Shown one piece after another: positions 21,177 to 33,229 of a stretch of DNA of 64,000 nucleotides. The DNA lies in NCBI GenBank assembly GCA_030704615.1, contig CM060733.1, positions 32,674,001 through 32,738,000 of the forward strand, read 5' to 3'. The stretch comes from Takakia lepidozioides. Lineage: Eukaryota > Plantae > Bryophyta. Within the stretch, counting starts at the first letter, position 1; the number at the start of each line of letters is the position of its first letter. The notes beneath the pieces were generated by a model, which worked only from the letters and a program-made list of their open reading frames with translations, was not told the DNA's origin and ran no database searches. A program made the position numbers and the translations under genes.

Positions 21177-24100
21177 CTGTCATGCGCATACATATCGCTA
21201 CACAACTACATCGCTATCCAAAACCACACAACACATGTGCACACCACACACTAGTATACCACTAGTCCAGCCACTAGTCCAACCACTAGGCTACAGCTAG
21301 TCAATCACTAGGCTGCCCACTATGGCAGTCACTAGTCCACACAATGATAAAGAATAAGAATACAAGCACAAGCTCATGCGAGCTCACAAAGCTGAAGCAT
21401 AAACTCATGCATATATAACTTCATCACTCAAATACAAGTCAAGCAAAGTGCACCCCACGCCATGGGGAATCCACACTACGGCGCCATAGCTAGGCGCGGT
21501 GAGGCTCAACTCGAGAAAGATGAGCCTCCCGCGCTTGCCGTGAAGATAACCACTCCAATATGTAAAAGCTAGCTATTTCCTAGCTAGTTTCACACTAGTG
21601 GTAAAATAACTTGACAGCTGTCATGTCATCCATCGAGTAGCCATCCCATTTGCACAGGTAGTATGTGTTCAAACCAAATGCGTCAATAGAGATTTGAGTT
21701 TTGATACCTAAGATAGCTTCGATAATGAAGGCCTCAAGGTTGTCTTGGTTTATTGGATGGGGAGTAAGCGTCAAGGGGGATGATTGGTGATCTGCGGTGT
21801 ATGGGGTAGTGGTTGGTGGGGTAGAGGTGTGGTACCTAGGGATCAAATCAGAGGATGTAGGTGACGGCGGTTTACTATGCTTCATGGGTGTGGGTTGGCT
21901 GGAGAGATGAGAAAGAGGGGGAGATGGTAGTAGTTGTAATATTGAGGTTATCTTGAGATTTTTTGAGCATATGGAGAATAGATGCAGCTGGGGCTGTTCT
22001 ATATTCAGGGAGGAGATCTTGTTTGTTATGTGGAAAGAGTACGTGTGGGAAGTCGCAATCAAGAGTGCAGGATGCGGAAGGATGACAAAAATAAACCGTC
22101 TATTGCTGCTTGTGGTTCATCCGCGTGTGGCGTATGAATACATGCGACAAGTAGTGGGTACTAATTCGTCAGTGGTGTTCGGGAACCATCTAAATATTAT
22201 GGTGTAGATTGGGGTTTGGACAGTGGGTGCTAAAAAAATGATCTTTGTTTTCTCAGGTGTTACGTTTGGGAGTTGTTCCCTTCCATTGACAGTTGTACAA
22301 TGTTTTAACACGTGTGGTTCCATATTGATCCAAAGACATTTTTTGTTCATCTGATAACCACCATGATATTGGGATTGGCCCAAGTGTCAATCCAGGGGTC
22401 AAGGCATCGCTACACAACTACATCGCTGTCCAAAACCACACAACACATGTGCATACCACACACTAGTATACCACTAGTCCAGCCACTAGTCCAACCACTA
22501 GGCTACAGCTAGTCAGTCACTAGGCTGCCCACTATGGCAGTCACTAGTCCACACAATCGCCCCCCTAGCTGGTGCTTAGGTCCCTCTAAGTCCAGGTAGC
22601 CACAAGATGTGATAGTGACCATAGCCTCACTAAGTCCTCCACCACTATCCATACTACACTCAAACTCGATAGATCAAGAGGCCGGGTGCATGGCACAACC
22701 ATGTAGTTGAACCCTCAGAATAACACGCCCTGCAGTAACATCCAGAGTCGTAGGAGCAGTTTGCTGCAAATAAACATAGTCACCAGGGCTAAACCTCCGC
22801 ACCCCAGGACGATATCCTCCACCACGTATAGTGGCATACCTCAACGTATCACGGTGCTGTGCAATGACAAGGTTCTCAAAATCCATGGGTATGACTTTCT
22901 TGAACAACTCTGCACGCTGATCACATGCACGTACCCACACGTTTGGATCGTCAAGATTAAGGACTTGAGCAGTGTCCCTACGAATGGCTACAGGCAAATC
23001 CGGCTCTCGGCCAAAGAGAAGGAAATATGGTGAGAATGAGGTAAGTGATGCTTGTTTGCTGAACCTGTAGCCCATGGCTAACCAAGGAACCTGAAGATCC
23101 CAATCTCCTAGGTGTCCCTTTTGCAAGCCATACTTGCGCAAACCCCTCTTCACCGTCTGAACAACTCTCTCTGCCAAGCCATCGGCCTTATGATGAGAAG
23201 TGGTGCGGTGGTCTATCAAGGCTTTATCACACAAAGCCTGAAACTCCCCCAAGAACTCTCTCCCTTGGTCCGTGAGTACCTCAGCTGGAGCACCAAATCG
23301 GAATCCACTTGGAGAAGTGCTCCACCATCACCAACACATATCTGTGGTGGCGCATAGTCAGTGGCAACGGTCCTGCGAAGTCAAGACTCCACCTGTAGCC
23401 CAATCCCATGATTGGTAAAGGATGACAACTGTGGTGTAGGGGCGTTGAATGAAGCACGCACCCTGTCACACTGTCACACATGCACCTAGCCACGAACTGT
23501 TGCACCTCTGTATGCATACCACGCCACCAATACTGCCCCTGCAGTAAACTGTGAGTGCGTCGCACTCCAAAATGCCCCAACTCCTCATGGGCATGCCGCA
23601 CTAACCGTGCACGCTGTGTGGGGTGAGGCACAATCCTCACCCGACCATCCTCCCACACTCGAAGTAGGTGTACCCCCTCCCACTTGAACCTCTTGGCTCA
23701 TTGCAGGATCCGATCCCTCTCCCTGGCAGTCACAGTGGCTGCCGTGTCTCCCGTGCGGAGGTAGTCCAACACAGCCGAATCCTCATGTATATCTCTGGCA
23801 CCACCTAGCTCATCACTAGCCTCAGGGTCCTCAGACACTCCGTCTACAGTCATCCCTGTTGTAGGTCCAACCTGACCTCCCCGATGCCAAGATACACAAA
23901 AATGCAGATGCGTGCCATCCCGGCACCATCTCCTCCTCGTCCGTCTCACCATGCCACCGAGCTCCAGTGTCATCCTGCTGGCTCATGCATGGATTGCGAC
24001 TCAATCCATCCGCATCCCGATTGACCAAACCCGGTCGATGCAAAACCTGAAAGTCATACTCCTGGAGTATGAGTGCCCACCGTGCAAGCTTCCCCGTAAG

Positions 24101-24604
24101 CTTGTCTGACTCCATCAACCACTTGAGTGGTTGGTGATCCGTGACAAGGGTGAAAAGATTGCCGTATAGATAGCACCTGAAGTGTGCCACGGCCCACACT
24201 GTAGCTAAGCACTCTCCCTCATATGAGTTGTACTTAGCCTCTGCAGCGTTGTTCGAGCGGCTAGCATAAGCCACTACGAACTCTCTTCCCTCATCATCCA
24301 CTTGTGTGAGCACCGCTCCAAGCCCCAGCATGCTCCAATCCGTATGCAGCTGAAAGGGACGCCCCCTGATAGGTCGTCTCAGGATAGGCGCCGAGGTCAA
24401 CCTCACCTTGAGCTCTTGAAAAGCTCGCATCTTCCCACTGCCACTCCTGGTCTTGGTTTCCCTTTGCAATGGCACTAAATCCCTTGACAAACCGTCTATA
24501 ATAGTTTGCCAACCCCATGAAAGCTCGAACTCGGCTCACATCAGTGGGGCGTGGAATTTGTGCAATGGCCTCTACCTTAGTCTGATGTACCGAGGCCATT
24601 CACC
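21177..24604 (-). mobile_element. Ty3/gypsy LTR retrotransposon remnant B (end of RT, RNase H, integrase, PPT, LTR sequences)
   Basis: VRAFMGLANYYRRFVKGFS, LHTDWS..GLGAVL, YSSYEGEC-like motif, TDHQPLKWL, KLARWALILQEYDF, and an integrase as in element A. PPT at 22558-22568; LTR starts 22555. Several frameshifts. Confidence 0.9.
21595..22404 (-). mobile_element. Foreign retroelement-like fragment with a chromodomain-like motif, inserted in the LTR of element B
   Basis: ORF 21595-22062 ends FIIEAILGIK.........YYLCKWDGYSMDDMT, matching the chromodomain pattern F.VE.IL...YLVKW.GY...TW but truncated. It interrupts the LTR between 22405 and ~21595. Confidence 0.5.
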
Positions 24605-27000
24605 AATCTCCCAAGCCTGTCTTTTTTTTCCTCCACCATATTGAAGTCACCGCCTACCAACCAGTGCTGGAGATGATGCCGCTGCTGCATGTTACATCTG
24701 ATCTGGTTCCAGAGGTCTATCCTGTCTTCCTCCCCATTCGGAGCATAGATGTTTAGAAAACCCACCTCCCCCAATGATTGACCTATGTTCAAGACAAGAA
24801 ACTGCACTCTGCCTTGCAACCAGATCTCATGGGAGACAATGGATTGCTGTAAGGAGGGGGAAGCAAGGATTGTTGTGCCCCCTCTGGAATCCGAGATGGT
24901 GGGATTCGAGAAGGCTATGGCCGCTGGCCAAATGGAGGCACCTAGGGAGTTAATTTTTTGTTGATTTAATTTATGTTCTTGCAGAAAGATAATATTGGAA
25001 CCACGTAACAGAGTGGAGGCCCAAGCTCTGACTCTTGCCCTTTTGGGGGCAGAGTGGTCAGAGCCGAGACCTCGCATATTCCAGGACACAAGAGACAGAT
25101 TCATGTGGGTGTGACTATCAGGCCCACGCTCTTTGCGTGACTTGATGGCCATTGTGGGAGGAAGAAATACTTTGAACGCTTGTCGGCAGGTGGCGGGGTG
25201 GAGAACCACTTAAACCCTTGTGGAGGATGGATCAAAACAGGGAGCTGACAAGTGAACACAATCGTTGCCTTTTTTCGTTTGCAGTTGTTTTGAAAAGGTA
25301 CGAAGTGGGTCCCTTCGTCTCTAAGAACTGAAAACATGTCTGCAGAGATGTCCCAGGCTAGAGCTTTTGAAAGGCGAGAGAGGGATTGTGGGGAGGATGG
25401 AAGGCCTGCTGAGTTCCACCAGGCTGGCAGGATTTTCTGCTTATGAACACTGTCCAACAGCAAAGTCCATACCCGTTTACAGTCTGAGTGGTCAAGCACG
25501 TAAAAGAAGAGGGGGGAGCACGCAGTAGAGATGCTCACCTGTGGGGGTGAGTCCATTGTCTCTTCCGGTAGCAGAAAGGTGATGGTGGGATCTGTTGCAG
25601 CATTGGAGGATGCATTGAAGTGATTTGTGTTTGCCAGCACCATTTGTGTGTTGAGATTTGGCTCCTGCTGGGGTTGCCCTGATTCCGCTAGTAATGCTCA
25701 TCTACCAGCTTGGAACCTACCTCCATTATTTTCGTGCCTCTTGCCCACTCAGTGGGGTCTTTGAATCTGCAAGACAGGTAGTGCTTACTCACCCAAATCC
25801 ATGAGTTATGAGCCCCAGAGGTATCCAAGCCCCTAGCAAAAATAACGGGCATGACATGAACAACAACAAGATCTGGAAGAGAGGCAATATTTTCAACCAT
25901 TATGCCAGTATGCTGCATATGAGATAGAGTCGGGTTCAGTTTTGGAAAGAATTCCTTGAGAATGTTTTGCGTGAGGGTCAATGCAAGCTCTCTTTCTTTC
26001 CCGATGCCGAACTGGAGAGCCAGGGCTTCCGAAACCCATGCAGACTGGAATCCTTGCTTCACACTTGGCAGGAAGAAACTGGTGTAATCATCTACAAAAT
26101 TGTAGAACAGGGGGGTGACACATATTGCCGCCTTTTCTCTCTCAAATGAGGAGTCTGGTTCCCACCCTGGCAAGGGGCTGAGCTTGAAAGAATGCAGCTC
26201 CAGAATCGTTATTGCCAAGCTGGTAGAGTCTAGCTGCTGCATATCAGAGACTGAGAAAGGGAAGGAACCCCAAGCCTCCATGATGCGCACTGGGAAAAAG
26301 CCCGATCCTGTTGGTTTAATGGGGGACACCACTTCAATCAGTACGGAGCCTCTTTTTCTTTTCTTGGAATGTAGCATGTCAACCATTGCTTGATCATCTG
26401 AATTTCCTTGAGCTTCTTTCTCCTGCTGCGTTTGATTGGCCTTGGAGGTATCAAGTGGCTGGGAGGAGCCCTCCCCCTTTCTTGTGAACTTGATGGTTGG
26501 GCAGTCTGCCTTGATATGCCCTTCGGCATTGTAGTGGTAGCAAATCACTGAGAGGACCTCCTCTTTCACTGCTACTACAATGTAAGAGTCATCCAGGGTG
26601 GGGAGTTTGATAGAGGTGCCAATGGTTGCATTTTCAGGCATGAGCACAATGATCTTGGGGATGCCAATGTCCTCAGTAACCTGAGAATGTGTGACCTCGG
26701 TATCTACACTGAGAATTTTGTCCTGAGCTGGCTCCAGAACATTGATTGCCCCTATGAATGAGCCAAAGCTGGCACCTATCTCTGGGAGCAAAGTCAGATA
26801 CGTGGGAGGTAGGAAGGGGATGGCAATGACTCTCGGCTTCCACAAGATGCCTTTCTTTGTGTCCCCAATCCCGGGTCCAAGGAAAAATGTGGACTTTGGG
26901 GGCGGATGTCTGTGTATTGAAGCATAGAGCCTTTTCTGCATCTGCTGGCGAGCTGAAGATGATAGCGTAGAAGCCTTTCCCCATTGAAAGGCTAAAAGTC
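24605..27000 (-). mobile_element. LINE (L1-like) internal fragment: ORF1 plus ORF2 APE endonuclease
   Basis: ORF1 has DUF4283-like GKGFYAIIF..ADAEKAL...IFPW and zinc knuckle CYHYNAEGHIKADC. ORF2 reads MNLSLVSWNMRGL, IIFLQEHKL, FLNIYAPN, LVGGDFN. Truncated at both ends. Confidence 0.85.
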
Positions 27001-28160
27001 CTTCTTTCCCAGACTGCCCTCATGCATGAAAATGAAATTAGGACGAGCAATCCGGGCAGGTGCCAACTGTAACTTGATATGCCTTATCCTAAAGAACCGA
27101 ACTCGAAGTGACCATTGTGTAGACTCGACCAAATCCAGGGGGGGGGGAACTTCCATGATAGATGTCACCGTTGCCTGCAAGATTCTGGTTTACTCATCCT
27201 TGTAGCCGTGTTCCGCACCAGATGGCACACGCCGCTCAGTCTTGCCATTCCATTTGGTGGGATGCGAATCTGCCGCAGTAGGTGGGATCCCACCAAATGA
27301 AGTGAAAGTGGATGCAGGGCCAGTTGTTGGAAGTATTTGAGAGCATGTCAGACTGAAACTTGCGTCCTCCAACATGCCAATCTCCAGCGATGAGAGGGAG
27401 GTTCCCGTCTTCACTGACCATATAGTTGGTGGGGACGGCTTCATTATGACGGAGTCCTGCACGGTTCCCTTCACACATATTGCAATATCATCGGGGCAGA
27501 ACCAGAATTTATGAACCTTAGACTGATCCTTTGCCACATATGGTCGAATCAAACTTGTGAATGTAGGAGCTGGAGTGCCATGAGAGCCTTTGCTGATCTG
27601 GATCTTGCATTTTGCATAAGTCTTTGCCCGGATTGCAGTACATTTCACCTTCGACCCGCTCGGAGTGCGCTCGATGTGCCAGTCATTGTCATCACAGTCA
27701 GTCTCCTGCATAGGCACAACCACGTCCTCAGCACCATGTCCTCAGCACCACGTCCAACCGGCAAGCTGGCAGGCGAAGGAGAAGGCTCCCATGAAGAAGA
27801 CGCTGCAACAAACATGGCACCGCTTGAACCTCCCTGCATTAGAGATACCCGAGGCACGGAGAAATTCATTTTGTCGTGGTGATGCGAATCCCCATCTACA
27901 CCTGGAGGGGTGTCAAGTTTGCGTTTACATGTTCCGAACCTCTCCTTGCCTTCCAAATGAGGAACCCTTGATTGCAATGGAGATCCCACTATGCACTTGA
28001 TGACCGCTTGAGCCATCTTAATCGGATCCCCCGATCTCTTGGTGGCCCTCAGCATCAATTCACTGGTGTTTGGTCCTTCCCCTCCTTAGGATTAAGGTGA
28101 GCTGGTGGTTGCTATGTAGGTCCCTATTGTAAGAATTCTGAGCTCTTAAGGGTACCACAT
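27000..28160 (-). pseudogene. SWIM-zinc-finger (MULE-associated) transposon gene fragment
   Basis: Frameshifted PHLEGKERFGTCKRKLDTPPGVDGDSHHHDKMNFS, WHIERTP..KVKC, FWFCPDDIAICVKG, then the start of a SWIM finger YQVTVGTCPDCS.PNFIFMHEGSLGKK cut by the LINE. Resembles repetitive moss SWIM proteins (recognition from memory). Confidence 0.6.
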
Positions 28161-28324
28161 GGCATGCTTCACCGGTTAGATTTGCCTTATGAGATGTGCC
28201 ATGGTCCTCTGCAGTATCTGATAGTTGACTTTACCCAACATACTTTTGAGTTGGGGTTTTCTGTATCTAGGAGTTTGATTTCTCTCATCCAACTTGGGTG
28301 CACATGGCAGATGGAGGTGGGAAT

Positions 28325-29179
28325 AGAGGATTGCTTGCATATGGAGTTTGAATACAACAAGAGCAAGTAAGTTCTTTCGATCGAGTCATTTCTTCACTTG
28401 CAGACTGGACTTCAGCGACAATTTAGAACCACAATTTCTCAATCTGGCCGTGACTTTCCTGGAAATGGTCATGGTTCCCACTGGCAGAACCCCCATAAAT
28501 AAAGAAATGCAAACCCAATGCCAATCATCTGGGAGTTGATCTTTATTCCCTTATGGTTATCAGTATCACTCCACCAGTTCCTCAACTGCAAAATACTTTT
28601 CAGTTTATGCCCAGCAAATATTGGAACAGATCAAATAAACGGTCTTATTTTTTTTTGATTTTGGCTTGCTCATTTCATTTTGTTGCGTGGGAATTCCTTG
28701 CTTATCATCTTCAGTGTAATAGTAGGCTTGGCTTTGCTACTGGTTTCAAGGCCAAGAAACTGTTGTGGGGCTCCCAATAGGGAGGCCCAGAGCATTTGCA
28801 ACTGGTGAATGCCAGAGCAGGCTCTCTAATGTTTTTGCTCCCAATGATCTGATTGAGCTCTGTCACTCAGGTACCACCTAAAGGATGTGATTGTGGGCAA
28901 GATATACTTTTTGCTTCTAACTTATAACACTGAGTTGAAGGTTTTGCATTATATCTGGTGGCCTGTTGCAATGTTTCACCATCAGCCTGAGGTCCAGTTG
29001 CTGCAACTCTGGCAATTGCCAATTGTGCAGGGGATGCATTTGAGTGCAGTGCACAGACTAAGATCAATCTTCTGAAGACGAGTCAGCTTTCCGAGGCTCT
29101 GGCAGCCGCTCAAGTCTTTCACACCCCCTCAGGCTTAACTCTTGCAGCCCTTGCAGATGACTAATGGAGCATGGCAGTT
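28325..29179 (-). pseudogene. Degenerate LRR (NLR-like) gene fragment, duplicate copy 1
   Basis: Minus-strand DLSGCQSLGKLTRLQKIDLSLCTALKCIPCTIGN plant NLR-type LRR units with stops/frameshifts. Direct repeat of 37249-38078. Confidence 0.6.
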
Positions 29180-29538
29180 GTTGTCCTGGAGGACAGCAGT
29201 ATGTGAAGAATGCTGTTGTATTCTGCAACTAGGGATTTGCAATATAGATTGGACAGACGGTGATATCTGATCTAGTAATCAATGATTGCCCTATACTTCT
29301 TGGTCCTTGTGGCCCTCTTTTGTGAATCTCTATGGTTTGATTTAGATCAGGTTCCCTGAAGTTGTCACTAGTTTGTGGCCATGCAGCAAAAGGGCAATGA
29401 GTGCAGATAGAAAGTATATGGCAAGCCTCCACCATGATCTCAGAGCAGTGTCCAAGTGATGTCTTGCAATGAATGAGCTGGAAAAGCTCCCGCCCTCTCA
29501 TCACATGTCGACATCACCTTTCAATTTCCTTTGCCAAC

Positions 29539-31942
29539 TCACCAGCGTGCCGCTAACCAATTGAGCCACTTTTGCACAGCATATCCCACAAGATGCTCAG
29601 CAAGGTCTGCCTGCATCTCCAAACAAATATCACTGAGTTGACCTGTCAAATGGTCCAAATCTCGTGTATGTGCAAGATATTACAACAAAAACTTGAAAAC
29701 CAAGAAAATGCCACAAGCTGCAGAAGGTCTTCAGTCTATTACAAAGGCAAGCAGGTACCTTTGTCCATGCCAATCCATAGTTATCAACGGACAGACGCCA
29801 GCTGCATGTATTCTCATCTGTTGCAGAGCTCTTGTCAATGATCAAACCGGTCTCATCACTTCCACTGTCACCCCAAGCAGCTTGATCTTCCATGTGCAGT
29901 TTCTTTCTTTTCCTGTGGATGGTCTTGTCCTTTCTTTTTCTACTGCTTTTTTCTGTTTTGCCCCTTCTATGATTGCCCTTAACCTCACACTCTACCAATG
30001 GCATTGCCTTACAGCGATGAAAGTTAATCCCGGCATCCACCATTAAAACTTCAAGAGATGTTGCCTCCATGGGCTCTACTGAAAGTCGATAATACAAAAG
30101 CCAGGCTTCAACAGCCAACCATTTAAAGGCCACCCAATTTTTCACCTTCAATGATTCAAGTCTGAGTGCCCAAGGTTCCCACTTCTCATCCGCCCTTCTC
30201 TCAGCCACGCTGCCCATTAGAGGCCTTAGAGCACGGGCCTCCTCTTCATGATCCTCATCTTGCAGAATACAGCACAGCTGCCTCCCGTGGCTGAAGCAGG
30301 CGTTGCAGAATATGGCATCATTGAGGGATTTCCACTCAACACCTAAAGACATGACTAGCTCCAGCCAGCTTCTGTGCCCTGTCCATGCTTGCACAGTCTC
30401 CAAGACCTTTTTCTTCTTGAGGTCTCGCTTAGCCCTGTTTGTATCCATTTCCACCCTGCCCGTACTGAAGCCAGAGAGGGCCCTCCCCACGTCATTAAGA
30501 AAATCAAGCACACATGTGTCACCAGCTAAGTGCAGAATCTGCTGACAGAGCACAGGAAAAGACTCCTCAGCCAAGTAATCATATAGAAGTTGCCACACTT
30601 TTGAAGAGCTGTCTCGGACCATCTGTGTGAGCAGCTCGTTTGAAAAGAACTCCGGATCCAAGGACAAGAACTCGCCATCCTTCAACGAATCTCTTAGCTC
30701 CTCAGAGCGCCAAAAGGATGGCACCCTTTCCAGAAAGTTAGAAACAGATTCATAAACATCCAGCTCAAGGAAATAATGTGGCTTTGAAGCTACTATTGCT
30801 GGTGCTTGAGAGTGCCTTCCCTTCCATTGCAGCTCATGCCAGAACTCATCCCGATGCAAAAATGCGAATCGTGCCATCGCTCGAGCCCCAAGTTGATGGT
30901 CGGTTTGTCCAGCTCCAGCAAAATGTTGAAACCAATGAGAAATCCTCCTTGGGTTTCCTGCCAAACGAGCAAGCCCTCAGTAGGACAGAAGCATAGCATT
31001 CCCTTCTCTCTTTCCATCTGTGGAAGCATCTGGTGAATGCTGGTTGCTGCTGTCAGATCTAAGCATTAGTTGGCATAACACCACGAGGCTTAATTTGTCT
31101 AACTAACTATATCCGACTTTGGGACAAGCATTGCAGCATGAGGACAAAATTGGAAGGATGCTCTCAATTCCATGAGCCAGCACCACTGAATTTTCAGTGC
31201 ACCACTGGCAGTAAATATGACAGGGGCCTGCGTCCCAGAAGCAACCAGCTGTCCCCCGTGCCCTCCCCACCACCATCTCAAAAGAAACAGGAGAAGGAAG
31301 CGAATGGCCCATTGACCGGATTGTCTTCAAAAATCACGGGAAGCAATAATTGAAAGAAGCAATCTTTTCAGCAGCTACATCCAAATCCTTTAAAGTGACA
31401 AACAGTAGCATGAAATTTTGTTTCTAATACACACGGAGGGAAAAGCCTTATGCCTTCAGAGGAATACCTGAGAAAAAGCTGCGCACCAGCTTGCTATCAT
31501 CAGCGACCAATTGTGCTACACGCCTGGGTCGGTTTGTACAAAGCATCCTCAACAACTGTTGTTGGACGGCACCTACACAATATGATGTCTTTCGTGACTA
31601 AGATTTCCACAGTAACGACTATGAACCCAAGTAATAACCCAGTGAATCCTCAAATATATTCCAACTTAGCAAGCCATACATACCATGTTGAGCCTCCCCA
31701 CTGTGGCAGGAATGCATGGATTTGGAGAGTAGGTCACGAAAGCAGGCCGCCTGTACGTGGGATGGAACTGGAAGAGCGCCAATGGATGAAACAAGCCACA
31801 TGCGAGCTTCAGCGCCCACCAACCCCCGCAACATGGCCTCCAGCTTCTCCAGCCACTCTCTCTCTCTCTCTCTCTCACATAACGTGCTTCCACATTGCCT
31901 ATCATTGGCTAATATACCTATAGGCACGTGGGACAAAAACAT
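29539..31942 (-). CDS. Conserved plant protein of unknown function (At5g48340-like), 4 exons
   Basis: Phase-consistent exons 31942-~31684 (LEKLEAML...EARMWLVSSI), ~31572-31468 (QLLRMLCTNRP), 30957-29759 (GNPRRISHWF, ELQWKGRHSQAPAIVASKPHYFLELDV, FWRSEELRDSLKDGEFL) and 29610-29539 (ADLAEHLVGYAVQKWLNW, TGA). Confidence 0.8.
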
Positions 31943-32539
31943 TGCGACTCATTTCTCATTGGTGATTACTTTGCAATGGGGAGAGAAAGCAAGAAAGAAA
32001 GACTGGGTAGTTACGAGCTGACCGCACATGTACAGGTACGACCGTTGAGGGAGTTACACAATTTTTGGTTTTTTTAGGGCAATTTGGGCAGCTGAAAAAC
32101 AAAGACGTTGTGGCACTATGGCACCCTATTCCAGCTCTACACTACAAGTAGTCTCCGACTTCACTAGAATAAAATATCAGTGGCTAAAACTTAGATCACG
32201 AGCAAATTTGACTTGCTTTAGCTAATGTCATAACCAAATTTTTCCTTCTCAGGCGGGCGCGGCTCATAGAGAAAGTTTTCTTTCTGTTGATTGTTTGTTC
32301 TGTATTAATTTAGTACCCATAAAGTGGATTGGTCATGATGTTCACAGGATCTAAGATCTTTTATTAAGGAGGAAATGGGCCTTGTAACAATACCTTCCAT
32401 GAAGTCTGAATGCAAACCCTCATAGGCAATATCCCGCCCTGGAATGAAAAGGTTGAAATTGGAAGCGGTTCCAGTTAAAATCCCAAAAGCCTGACGTGCT
32501 CACAAAGCCAGATGTTGTCAACTTGGCACATAGATGGAC

Positions 32540-33120
32540 TGGCAGGCTGATGGTGGCTGTGAGGGCTGCTGCTTGACTGGTCTACAAGGGACCTGCATTA
32601 GAAAGACAAACAAAAGGTTAATTAGCCCCAATGCACAAGGAGACAAACACATCAACTTTCCAAATAAGAATCTAATCAATTAAAGTTTTCAACATACCTA
32701 CTGAACATGGGGATTGACAGCCAGCAGGTGGATGTGGTGCTGGTGGTTGATTGACCTGCAAGGAACCTGCATGAAACACAAACGAAAGGGCAATTAACCC
32801 CAATGTCACCAACAATCTGCCCAAAAATCAAACAAAACACAAAGAAACAATTTTTTGGAACTTACATGGTGATGTGTGCCTGACAGGCTGATGGTGGGTG
32901 TTGGGGCTGCTGGCTGGCTGACATGCAAAGGACCTGCATGAAACACGTACAAATACTCATTAACCCTTGATGCCCAGAAAGACAAACAGACAACAATTTC
33001 CCAAAAACACAAGCAAAGATATTTTAGAACTAACGTGGTGATATGGGCTGCCAGACTGATGGTGGATGTAGGGGCTGCTGGCTGGCTGACCTGCAAGGAG
33101 CCTGCATCAAAAGATAAATA
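32540..33120 (-). repeat. ~170-bp degenerate tandem repeat x4 with exon/intron-like units
   Basis: CCTGCAT anchors at 32592, 32766, 32933 and 33101. Each unit has a GC-rich GGCTGATGGTGG...GCTGCTG block and an A-rich block. Confidence 0.75.
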
Positions 33121-33229
33121 CTAATCAGACATGGGACACAAAAAATACATACCAAAGAAAGAATGCAATTTAGTCATGTTGAAAACCCGTGAGTTTAGTG
33201 TCGAGACTAGGAAGGCCCTTGAAAATTGG

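Noticed and set aside
32140-32153. CACTACAAG as a CACTA TIR
   Set aside because: Part of a small local palindrome; no matching partner end or TSD was identified.
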